64,000 nt of DNA from positions 2,046,001 through 2,110,000 of the forward strand of contig BQFW01000007.1 in assembly GCA_020891255.1 (NCBI GenBank), given 5' to 3'. Positions 36,301-50,784 of this stretch are shown piece after piece; within the stretch, counting starts at the first letter, position 1; each line of letters starts with the position of its first letter. The notes beneath the pieces are model-generated. The model made no database searches. It had not been told where the DNA came from and was given only the letters and a program-made list of their open reading frames with translations. The translations under genes and the position numbers were made by a program. The DNA comes from Entomortierella parvispora E1425 (Eukaryota; Fungi; Mortierellomycota).

Positions 36301-37781
36301 TTGCAACAGCAACAGTCACAACAGCCACAGCTTCTTCATCATCCACAGCTCTCCGCATCGGGACCGATCAGTTATCCGAGTCGCAAGAGCAGCAGAGACC
36401 AAAACAAGGAGGGCACGACTACGTTCCCTTCCTTCCGAAAGGATCATTCCCATTCCCAGTCCCACCCCGAGTTTACGAGCGAAACGTCGCCGGATCCTAG
36501 CGATACCAGCTCCCCTGGAAGTGGGAGTGGTTATCATGGGATTGCCAAAGCAAAGTTGACCAACATGAGCAGAAACTTCTTTTCAAAAGATAAGGAAAAG
36601 GAGAAGGAAAAAGACAAGGAGAAGGACAAGATCAAGGACAAGGATCACAAGGACAAGGATAAGGAGAAGAAAAAGGACAAGCTGAAGGACAAGTACAGAT
36701 CGAAAGAAAAGGAGGTCAAGCGGGATGTGGATTCCACAAAGTCAACTTTATCAGGTAAGCCTGCCTTTGAATGAAAAGACTATTCTAAAGGATTGATTCT
36801 GTCTGAGGCATAGGTGCTGACATTCTTTTTTTTCCTTGATTGTTTCATAGGTTCCCCAGCTGTCTTTGGAGGATCCTTGGTCGTGGAGCCAGGAAGGACT
36901 GTGCCTCGCATTGTCGAGTTGTGTATCAAAGCTATCGAGGCCAGGGGGTTAATGACTGCAGGTATCTATCGTATTTCAGGACAGATGGCCTCGATCCAAA
37001 AGATGAAGCGTGCCTTTAACGAAGGCGTGGACGTCGAGCAGCTGATCGAGAAGGAGCCCGACATCAACACGATAGCAGCCCTTTTGAAGCTCTTTTTCCG
37101 TGAATTACGCGAGCCTCTGATGGTCTATGACTTTTATCCTCTCTTTATTGCTGCCGCTGGTAAGTGTTTTTTTTTTTTTTTTTTTTTTTTTCTTAAGACT
37201 GGATATGGACTGACGTGATGGTTTTCTTATCACTTACTGGACTCTTTGCTAATTCATTTCCGCCTTCATCCCTTTACCGCGTAGATATTGACGATTATAA
37301 TGAGAAATTGTACCGCATCAAGGAGCTGATCCATTCACTTCCAGAAGTCAACTTCAACACGCTCGAGTACCTGATGATGCATCTGGGCCGGGTTCAAGAC
37401 CAGTATGAGGCCACAAAAATGGATTCTGCGAACCTGGCCTTGGTCTTTGCACCGAATTTGCTCCGACAGGAAGTGGACGATATCTCGAGCATCATCAACA
37501 CTGGAAAACAATCCAGTATCATTGATACTCTGATTGAGCAACGGGAATGGGTATTTGACCCTTACCCGCCTGAGGAGGAAGAGGAAGAGGAGGAGCACCA
37601 ACAGCAGCAAGGAGGGGCCATTGTAGGAGAGGATACAGGAGAGCTCGAGGACCCAGTCCAAGAATGTACCCCTATCCAAACACAAGGGGCGTTTGGGAAG
37701 GATGCCCTCTTCGAGGACTCGCCACCAGATTATCAGGAGAACCCAAGAGCCACTGTGGCTGTTACAGATGTCAAGAGTTAG
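33327..37781 (+). CDS. Rho GTPase-activating protein with SH3-WW-WW-PH-RhoGAP architecture (ARHGAP9/12/27-like)
   Basis: SH3 assembled from exons 33327-33380 (MQWAIAEWDYLATHEDEL), 33468-33520 (SFRKGDHILIQDRSHDEW), 33960-33967 (W-E-G) and 34114-34170 (DCNGLSGVFPANR). WW1 LPPNWS...YYYN...TSWKMP. WW2 LPDGWNSAQ|DEDGSKYFFN...TWDRP. PH WKDYWVVVYKGFLLFY...RGWVKDIK. RhoGAP VFGGSL...GIYRISG...AALLKLFFRELREPL...NLALVFAPNLL. Confidence 0.92.
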
Positions 37782-37850
37782 CCCTCCCTCCCCTTTTTAC
37801 ACTGAAAAGAATATAATAACAACTCGTTATCTATTTAATGCTGTGTCTTT

Positions 37851-37898
37851 GTGTCTGTGTCTGTGTCTGTGTCTGTGTCTGTGTCTGTGTCTGTGTCT
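37851..37898. repeat. (GTGTCT)8 microsatellite between two convergent stop codons
   Basis: Eight perfect GTGTCT units in the 152-bp gap between the RhoGAP stop (37781) and the C2H2 stop (37934). Confidence 0.95.
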
Positions 37899-37933
37899 GT
37901 CTGTGTCTCTCTCTCTGTGTGTAGGCTATCTAT

Positions 37934-40900
37934 TTACATGGATGATCGCTTGGACTCGCTCTCTCGGCGTCGATCACGTTCGGTGGCAAGACCTTGCATG
38001 GGATTGCACAATTCTGCAATAGAGATGCGTCGATGCATGTTTGCCGCAACAGCTGCGGCTGCCGGTCCACCTCCGCTCGTGCTACCACTTGTTGAAGAAG
38101 ACGTGTCTTCCTGCAGGTCGTCCCTCACAGAAGGGGAGCGAGGCGAGGAAGGAGCGCTGGAGAGATCCTCTCGATGCAAGACATTGGGTCGGTGTTGACG
38201 GTATTCGTGATAGGCACCACTGGCCGCGGCCTGTGGAGGGGGTGGCTGGAAATACAGCGGTTGTTGTTGTTGAGAATGATAGCTGCTCTCTCTTCGAGCC
38301 GCGGCTTCTGCGGCCTGTTGCTGGTGATGTTGGTGTTGAAGGCTGTTTTGGTATTCTTCATAGGTCGCAACGCGCTTTTGCAAAGGCGGGGGCAGTTGAG
38401 ACTGCTGCTGCTGCTGCTGCGGGTGCGGGTGTTGTTGTTGAGGATGGTGGTGGTAGTGTGGAGGAGGGTACGGCTGATGATGATAATGTTGTTGATGATG
38501 TTGTTGTTGATGCTGGTGGTGGTGCTGTTGTTGTTGCAGACGATGCTGGTGTGTCTGGTATTGTTGGAACATGTCGCTCCAGACGCGCTCAATCATGTCC
38601 GGGTACAGAACCGACTCTTTCAATCGCACATCGTCATCGTCATCATCTTTCATGCTGTCCTCCAGGATCTCGTCCCTGCTCTCCAGTTTGACAGCCGTGT
38701 CCGATCCTCGTCGCGAAAGACCCCTCTCTACGAGCGTCAGAGCCATACGATAGGGCTGTCGTGCAGTAGAGCCCCTGGCGGCCAACACCTTGTACCGGAG
38801 CAACGTCTCCTGTTGGACCCAAAGACCCAGACCCGGAAACTCTTTAAACTCGCAGACCTCCCATGGACCAGCTGGATCGATCATGGCCCGTGATAGCTGG
38901 AGCGACTCTTTGGGTCGGAAGCTATTCTCTGGCAGATAAAATCGACCCAAGCGAGCAGCCTCGGGGCATCCACTCTGAGAGCCGTAAGGCCATTGCGGTG
39001 GTGGGGAAGAGGACGCTGGGGGCGCATTCTCAAAGCCCGCCACAAAGCTCGTGATGGGGAATCGGCTGGACAGAGTCAAGTCTTCGATATCCCCTCGTCC
39101 TTGCTCAGGGTCCCGTCTAAAACCATCCACATCCACATCCAACACGGCTCTGCAGATCCTAAAACTCACGCCTGTACTTTGGTCAACTTCCATGGAGTAT
39201 GGGTGTTGGTCAGCTATACCCGACCCGTCGTCGTCCACTTCCATGTCTCGAGAGTCTCTTCGGGAATCCTGCATGACTCTGCTATCTGCTTTCGTTGACC
39301 TGATGACACAGAGGATCGCCGTCATGTTGCACAAAGCTTCCGGGTTTCGAAACTGCTCAGTAGCAAACGCGGTCGACACACGGGATCTCAGATGGGCAAA
39401 CTGTTCTGGGTCCATTCGCTCAATCTCTTCCACAACCTCTCGTTTCCGGATAGGGTAGAACCGTTCCTCCAATTCTCGTTCTAGTCCTGGGGCCAAAACA
39501 GGCTCATACTTGAATCGAGGCGGTCCTGGTGCTGCCTTGGATGGAGGATCGTATTGGAAAGAGGAAGGTCTTGACAGGGGGTGAATATGAGAGGAGGGTG
39601 TCCTGCGCCTTGGCTGCGAATGTGCAGTGAGCAAGACTTCATTTTGTTCCTGCTGCTGATCATAGTTTCCAAGGATGGGTGGCAACACCATAGACCCCTC
39701 ATCCAAGCTGCTCCGCTGAGACGATGTTGTAGAAGACGACATCATAGCCCGCGAGGGATGTCCAAAAGGCTGTTCACCTGCCGCAAACGAAGCCAACACA
39801 ACCGGGGTCTGATCCCGAGGTGTCATGGACGAGCGAGGAGATCCAGTCAAAGGAGGTGGAGGAGTGCTGGAGTGAGCATTCACTTGGGAGAACCATTGCA
39901 TGCCTGAGCGAGCATCCCTAGACGGCAAGGGCTGGATGACCATGTCCGCTGGATCATTGCTCGATCGCTTTTGATACCGTGAGTCTACATGGCCCGGACT
40001 AGAGCCGACAAGCGCAGGCGTTGACTTGCGATGTTCCAAAGCCCGTTCCTTCTCCTGATCGACAGTAGTACCATGGGGAAGAGCTAAGCTGCTTGATCGG
40101 TAAGGGCTCGAGCTCTGTTCTCGCATTCCAGAGAGTCGAGAATCCATTGATCCTGTACTTGCATTGTTCTTGAAAAGAGCAGCTTGTGCTGACCTTCGAT
40201 GTTCGTTCAATCTTTCTTGCTCCTGTGGCGTCAATTGCTCCACCTTGGGTAATGATTGAGGGTGAGAGGATGTGGGTGTGAATGGCGACATTCCTAGACC
40301 AACTGCAGGGCCAGATCCTGAGCTAGCACCTCGACCAAACCTCGACCCAGGTCCAAACCCTTGCCCAACAGCAGGTGGCCCTGCGCCCCCAGCGCGTGAA
40401 TAAGAGGGCAGCAAGACCTCGCTCTTGCGTCGCTTCAACTCCTCAATTTCCATACTTGACATTCCTTGCTGTAGTCCCGCACTTGGACTGTCTCCAGGAC
40501 CGGGGGCACCTCCAATCGAGTTTCGTGGTTGCAGGTGCGGTAAACTTCTCGAGTTTGCCTTCAAGGTGCGGATCATTGGGGTTGTGGGACTGGATACGGG
40601 CGGGTAACCATGCGAATAGCCGCCGGCCACTGAAGCAGTCGCAGGGGCACCAGAGGGGTGAGTCCACTGCATGGGATGATGAGGTCCTTGAGGGTGATGA
40701 TGGTAGTTCATAGCAGGACTGGCGCCATATGAAGACATTGCGGGCGACGGTTGACTAGATGAAGGGGCCGACCGATCATCATGAAAGACCATAGGGCTAC
40801 TGCCGCCCCTTGGTCGTCCTGGCATTTGAGGTGTAGACTGAACAGAGGAAGATCGAGACAGCGCTGCAGAGGACGCTGACGCACCAGCTGTGGCAGCTAG

Positions 40901-43900
40901 CGAGTCCCGTTTAGATCTATCCCCGTGTGTTTGCGTATGTTGGATCATGTTATCATATCGACTAAAGGTACGCGGACAATTGGCCACAATACACTTGTAA
41001 GGCTTTTCGCCCGTATGTTTCCTATAGATTGAAAGGAAAGAGGAGAGAGGTCAGTCAACAATTCGGCACGATGATGCTCAGTAGGTCGCCATCTTCAATG
41101 CAAATGCACAAAGCTGCATGACAACAAAAGTGCTGTGTGTGAACGTGTGTATGTGTCGGGGAAAGTGAACACAAAACAAAAGTGAGCCTTTGGAGGGAAA
41201 CCGTACCTCTCGTGCCTAGCAAGATGTTCGCTTCGCGTAAACACCATGTTGCATCCAGGGTATCCAGTGCACTGAAAAGTTTTTGGTGATGAAACTGCTG
41301 ATCCAGAGCCACCAGGGCTCTGTCCTGTACCTGCTGAAAGCGGTAGATGGGTGGTGCTTAAGCTTCCACCGCGAGGTCCTCTGTTGGCAAGGCCGCCGCC
41401 GCCAGTAGAGGAGGGTCTGCTCAGCGAGCGTCTATTAGAAGGTGACGCTGGACTGTCCATGGCCATCCTCGCTGTTGATCCTGCCAATACAGAGGGAACG
41501 GTTGGGGGAGCCGAAGTATTGTTGGAGGGAGGAGAGGAAGAGGAGGATGACAAAGAGGCCAAAGTTGCAGCTGCAGAGCTGTTGGGGTGTTTGGTCCAGT
41601 CCGCGTGAGAGTCAGGCTGTTGTTGCTGTCCTTGTGCTGACATTTCCGCCTCCGTTCCACTACCTCCTCGCTCTCGTTCAGTTATATCATCCTGGCGATA
41701 CGAGTCGGTGCTGCTTGCGCTGCTGGCGCTACTATTCCGCTTCTCCTTGCTCTTGATAGGAACAAACAAGAGATCGGCAAGACTTCTTCGCTTGTTGCTC
41801 AATGGAGGGCCTCCTTCTTCCCTTGAAGGTCCTCCTGTATATGCTGACGCGAAGGAGGAAGGCGCTCCTTCGACTCCTGGACCCGTGCCTGAACTGCCTG
41901 AATTATAATTAGGATGGGATGGCTGCTGCTGGCTGTGATATCGATACTGCTGTTCAGACTGCTGTGGCTGCTGCGGAGGATAGGGCGGGCGCCCACCACT
42001 ACTGCTCAGAGTGGAGGGCGAAGCTGCGGCTCTCTGGTGCTGTTGGTAGGGGTGGTGATATGGATGTGAATGTGGGGATGAGGCTGTCAGATCAGAAGAA
42101 GCAGCCGCGGATGAGGCTGCGGTCAAAGACGAGACTGACACTGCAGGTTCAGACGATCGGCCGAGCATTCTCCTTTGAGTCGTCTCTTTGGGATTGAAAT
42201 AAAGAGGGTGAGCAGATTGATATGAGAATGAGGAAGAGGAAGAGGAGAAAGAAGAGGAACTGTGAGTAGAAGGAGGAAAGGTCGCTGTATGTCTTGGTGG
42301 CTGGTGACGATGTGGAGGGGGAGGGTAGGGGTGTGCCCTATGGGGATTGTGCGGGTGAAGATGGCCGTTATGCTCCAGGGGATCACTTTTGGGGTGGTGA
42401 GGATAAGGATGATGGTGGAAGGAGCGAGACTGCGTCGACGAGGCCGATCCATCGGCATGCGCTGGTTCTGCATTGCTTCCAGGGTTTGTATCTGCATTGG
42501 CATTGTCGTCGACATGGCTATTGCCTTCTCGAGGATGCTGATAGGTTGTAAAAGAGGCAGGACCAGGGGGATGATGGGCAGGTGCTCTACCTGGCAGATC
42601 TGCCCCTGCTTTTGAGAGTGACAAAGACGACGAGGACGGCGCCTCTGCCCTGGTTGTGTCCTCTGTTTGTTCGTCCATTGCTCGCTTGTCTTGTCCATCT
42701 TGTTCTTCTCGCCGTGGCGAGGCCGTCAAGTTCTTGTTCGTATCAGTTGCCTCCTGACCGATTCGACTCTGACCAGTGTCACTGGCATGGACTAAAGTGG
42801 AAGAGGAAGACGACGCAGGGATTGATCTTGTATCTGTTCCTGCGGGGATTTGACCATGCTGGTCACCCTCGCCATAGTCGTCGTCCACGTCCATCGCCCC
42901 TCTTTGGTGATTGTTTTTGTCGCTAACTTCACCTCCTTCATCAGATGCAGGGTTGGCTTTGTTGATTGGGTTGGCAGACGAGGGCGATGAGGAATACGAA
43001 GAAGATGAAGAAATGGACGATGACATGGGTATGGATTTTTCCTGTTTTGAGTCTTGTGGTGCCTGATTCTGTGCCTGTGTAGGGGGAGAAGAGCGGCGGA
43101 GATGCGGAAAAGAAGTAATGGAGGAAGAGGAGGAAGAAGCAGGAGGAGGCAAAGAACGAGGAGGGGTGGATGCAGTGGCAGTAACGCCTACATCGGCAGC
43201 TGGATCTTCCGTTCCTGTTGTTGCTTTTGTTGTTGTTGTTGTTGTTGTTGTTGTTGCTTTCACTCCTTCTAGAAAGGAATAAAGGAATACACAGAAGGCA
43301 AGATGGGATGAGTTGCGAGCATGCAGACTAAAGAGCGGATTTTGACATGCAGATGTGCAGGAGTGCTTCAGCTCATACGATCAAAGTGCATGTCAGCCGT
43401 CTCTGGACGCGTCGACGATGACAATGATGGCAATGATGACGAGGGAGGGGTAAGAGGAGCTGCAGGCAAAGACAAAGGGGAGACAGAAGGCACAGTTGCA
43501 GTCTTGTGCTGGAGACAGGACTGCAGGACAGTGGAGGCCGAGACCGAGGCCAAGATTGAGAGCACCGAGAAGGTGAGGGGGGTGTTGACGCGAGTTGAGT
43601 TGACAGGGGAAGATTAGCATGGGCCATCTTCATGTGCTCATGAGGACAAGGGTGTAATGAGATGCTTTGCCATTCGAGGAAGGATTGATTCGATTGATTC
43701 AGTTGATTCAATTGATTCAATTGATTCAGTGGATTCAATGGACTCATCGACTCTTCGATTCCACCATTCAGCAGCACGGCAAAGCAAAGGCAAAGGAGAA
43801 TAAAGAGAGAGAAAAAAAGAGAAAGAAAAGGGAAGACGGAGAGAGATTGGGTCGACAGAAAGAAAAATAATAGAGTGCACCGTTGCCGTCGGCGTGAATG

Positions 43901-44870
43901 AATAGCACATGCCATGCATGGGCAAGGGGATCGATCCATCCGTGTTCCTGCCTGCCTGCCTGTCTGTCCGTGCTGTCGGAACAGGGAAGACAGACAGGGA
44001 AGCGAGCAAACACGACAACGGAAGGAGCAACGGAAGGAAGGAAAGGAAGGAAGGGGCTCGCGCACCGCTCCGGACATGGGCGGATGGCGCACGGAGCACA
44101 TTGTGCGCCAGAAATGAATGTGTGAATGTTTACTTTTTTTCCCTTCTTATTTTCTGTTCATGGTCTGTTTCTTTACCTGGCTGCTGCTCCTGCTGTCGCC
44201 TTAATGGGCGCGTCCGCGCTTGCAGCTCCTCGAGGTCTACCATCTCCTCATCACTGTTCTCTCCTTCCCCACCCTCGCCCCTGCCGCTTTCTTGTTGGGG
44301 AGGCAGGCGAGGCTGGGAGAGCGACCGATGGTGGAGTTGTTTCCGTTGACCTGCTGGGTGACCACTCTCATCATGAGCATCTGTTTTCTCCAGTGGGTTT
44401 TTTTGCTTCTGTGGTGGTTCTATCAGCGATCGGAGGGAATAAGGTCGATGGGGGGCCTCGAGTCGTTGCAGAGGTGAAGAGCCCCACTTGGGAGCAAGAA
44501 ATCCATCATCCCACTCGTGCTCCCTCAAGGGTTCGCTGCCATCTGCAACTCGCTGCAGGGGGCTCTGAGGAGCATGGTTCATGGGCCGGTTGCCGTTGCT
44601 ATTGCCGTTGTTGGTGTCATTGTTGTTGTTTTTGTTGTTTTTGTTGTTGTTGCCGTTGAAGGTGTTTCCTTTGCTGTAAATATTGCCGTTTATACCGTTG
44701 AACTCTGTCCGGTCGTCAGCCTCACCCTCACTTGTGTAGTGTTGGCTCCGGTCATGCCGGAGCCTAGGACTAAATCCTCGATGGGATTCGTCCGCAGTGG
44801 TGGAGTGGAGAGACAGTGGAGAAGACGAGCGTGCGGAAAATCGTGAAGGTGTAGAAGAGTGGAAGACCAT
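37934..44870 (-). CDS. C2H2 zinc-finger transcription factor (Usv1/Rgm1/NsdC type, two fingers) with long low-complexity regions
   Basis: [24 protein letters not shown]|[32 protein letters not shown] across intron 41022-41206. The exon starting at 43268 accepts a phase-1 donor from either exon 44177-44870 or a short exon 43379-43391. The 5' structure is uncertain. Confidence 0.85.
43683..43750. repeat. Degenerate 9-bp tandem repeat (NNTTGATTC), about 7 copies
   Basis: gattgattc gattgattc agttgattc aattgattc aattgattc agtggattc aatggactc. Confidence 0.85.
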
Positions 44871-47800
44871 GATCGTTGTTGGCCAAGATCGTGTTTCTGT
44901 AGATTTGCCCGTTGGAGAGGAGAAGGGGGGAGGGCAGCGGGAGGAAGGGTCTGGTCTGCACTACACCACCTTGTTTTGTCTTTTAGTTTTAGTTGTTCTT
45001 CAGTGAGTGAGGGAGGAAGTGGTGAGGATAGGAAGTCAAGGTGCAAAGAAAAAAAAAAGTCAAAGGGACCACAGTTAACACGAGGGAAGAGGAAAGATGA
45101 AGGTACGGACTGACTGGCGGACAAGGGCGGCTGTGGAGATGAAAAAAAAAGGAGGGGAGGGAAGGGGCAAAGCAAAGCTTGGATGAAATGAACAAGAACA
45201 AAAAAAAAAGGTGGAGAGGAGAAAAGAAGAGGAAAAAAAGAAGAGAAAAAGAAAGGTGAAATCAGTAAAACGAAAAAAAAAAAAAAATGGCGATCAAGAG
45301 ACATTTTTTTTGCCCGTTTCTTACTGCTTCGCTTACTTTACCCAAGGGGTCGACGCGTTGGCTGTTGGCTGTTGAGATCGCGCTGCGGGGGTCTTGCTTG
45401 GGATCCTGCTTTGGCAACGTTGGGCAGACACCCTGTGTTGAACTCGGTGCCTCAGTCGAAAAAGGACGGGCGTGGGGCTGAAAGGGAGTGGGTCTGCAAC
45501 CCTTGTGTCATTGCTGGCACGTTCTCACGCAGACATCATTCTCAAGAACAAAGAGGTACAGAGACGTGTCCTTCTGGTTGTCCAGATCCGGGCGCAAGCA
45601 AAGAAGAATCCCCGCCAAGACGAGTAACTGCAGAGGTCCTCGCCCACAACAATCAGGCTCTTTGGCGCCACTTCAAGCAAATAAAGCACATGCAGACAGG
45701 TGGACGGGTGTCGACCTTGCACAAAACACCGAGACTGACTATCTTGGCAGCTATCATAAGCAGATTAGGGTCGTCGTGTGCGAGACACATCCGACTCAGT
45801 CCGCCCCTCTCCCCTGTTCGGGATGGCGGGTGAGATCCATCTGAGACGAAACGGTCTCTGGAAATTTTTTGTCTGTTGGTTGGTTAGCCCTGCCTCACTC
45901 AGATCGATCGATGACAGCTTGGGTTCCGTACGTCTGTTCACCTTCAACGTCTTCATCCCAACCAGACAACGGAGGAGGAGCGATAGTCGTCCTTGCTGAG
46001 AATCAATTGCTTGCAGAAAAAAAAAATTAAAGAAATTGAGAGCCAGGGACTTCCAACATGATTATCGACCTGCAATGTTTCTCATGGGCCATGTCACGTC
46101 TTGTAATTGTCTTGCTTGTGTCTGTTTGCGCTCAGTCTGTGCGTCAATTGCAACCCCCAGGATATCCTCACTGAAAACAGAAACAGAAAAAAAAAGTAGA
46201 GACGCTGACCATGGGCGCGCGAGATCTGGCAGAGTTTATTCTGTTGTTCATTTCTCCTTTATGGAAGGATGCTGCCGACTTGGTCGCCGTGCCTGGACCA
46301 CAATTTCAAGGGGAAGGGGGTGGGGACATCCCATTACAACAGGAGGATTGTGTGCTTATACGTGTTTAAAAAGCCTTTCAGGCTACCGCCATGATCCACA
46401 CTTTTGCAGCCCCAGCAAACAGCGTGGTAAAGGGGAATATGGAGAAAGAGAGGGAGAGAGTATGCACTTGTGGCAGTTAAACACAACGTCAAGGTGCGTT
46501 GATGTTGGGGTCCAGACTGGTCCAGAACGAAGTAAGTTCATGTCCTGGGAAAGATTCAGGAATGAGAAGAACAGATGTCTGTGGTAACAAAGGAGGGCAT
46601 GAGCTAATCTCCTTCTTTGCGATCGTCTCTCTTGTCTGTGCCTGCCGGCAACACTGCAATGCATAGCAGCCAACTGCATGCACCTGGTCGCCCTCTCCTC
46701 TCCTCTCCTCTCGTCTCTTCTCCTCATTTTTTTCTTCCTTGGCTGAGGTCGTCTCTCCCAGTGCAGATAGAGCAGGCCACACCGAAGCGATCAAAGATGC
46801 GCGCAAAAAACAACTAAAAACCAGGAGTTCCGGACCAACAAAAAAAAAAAAAAAAGCCAAGGTCCCGAGGGTCAAAAGATCAGGGAATGGTGACCATATC
46901 AATAAACAACAGCAAACAACAGCAAACAACAGCAAACAACAGCAACAGCGTCAACAAAGAAAAAGGGAGTTGACCATCTTGGAAAGAGACGTCCATCCTT
47001 TCATCTAAACGTTCACAAAAAAGACGAAAAAAAAAAGAAGAGTCCTTGACACTTCATCTAAAAACACCACAGTCAAGAGATCGTGACCTTGAAAGGAGGA
47101 ATTAAGTGGGGATCAGGGTCCTGAACAAGCAGTAATAAAGTCATGAAAGGCGCACACTTGGAACCTGATTGACAGGGTCCAATGTTGCATGGTAACACGA
47201 ACTGAAAGTGCACCCTCCACGGTCATTTTTCGATTGGCGGGGGGCCATCATCGTGCCAAAAAAGTTCCTGACACAGTTGATGAACGAAACAGAGGAGGAG
47301 CAGAGAAGGGTGTTTCCCCTTGGAGGAATCTCCCAAAAAAAAAAAAAAAAAAAAAAAAAAAGCAGGGAACGCATCACAGCATCACTGCTTCCACCCCTTT
47401 CATTTCTTGTCCTTATCCTGGTTCTTTGTCCTTCGTTCCTACTCCTGCTCCTGATGCTGATGTTGATCTTGACGAGATCGTCAGTGCCTTTTTCTTTTTT
47501 TTCTTTTTCCTTTTTTTTGCCCTATTCTATCCCGCGAATTCATCCATCCCGACAAAGGCAAGACACACCAGTGCAGTTTGTAAAGTCTTGATCCGGCAAA
47601 GATCTAGTCCTTCAAGGGCAAGGGCAAGTGTTTTTTTTTGCACGTCGAGGGGTGGGCGCAATCGCAGTTCCGACTATCGGGTGAAGAGACTGCCCACTCA
47701 CCCTTTTATAAACACACCAGGGCCCTTGGTAGGTGGACCTTGGGGTTACCGTGACGGGATCAAGATTCGTCTGAAACCAACCTCTATCTCTGTGTCTTTT

Positions 47801-47885
47801 CATGCCAAGTCGCTGAGTCGTGTTCGTGATTCCTCTGGCGCGAAATTCGAAACAGGGAGTGTGAAACAAGTTTAATGAACTACGA

Positions 47886-50608
<2,723 letters not shown>

Positions 50609-50784
50609 TGTCCTTATGGGTGATTGTCGCGAGGAAAAAAAAAGGGTATAGATGTTTCTTGAAAGCGAAACGACCAAGCCCAACCAAAAAGCGGTCACTT
50701 TTATTTCTGAGTCCACTTTAAAAGTTTAAACCTGCCAAAATGGCTTAGATGATTCTTGAAATAAAACAGTTTATTTCTCCTCTT

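Noticed and set aside
43683-43750. Short direct repeats considered as a CRISPR-like array
   Set aside because: The units are contiguous 9-mers with no spacers, there are no cas genes, and the context is eukaryotic.
46739-47008. 89-aa basic ORF (MAEVVSPS...) in the gene-free interval
   Set aside because: It is built from poly-A and AAACAACAGC repeats, with no domain or splice support.
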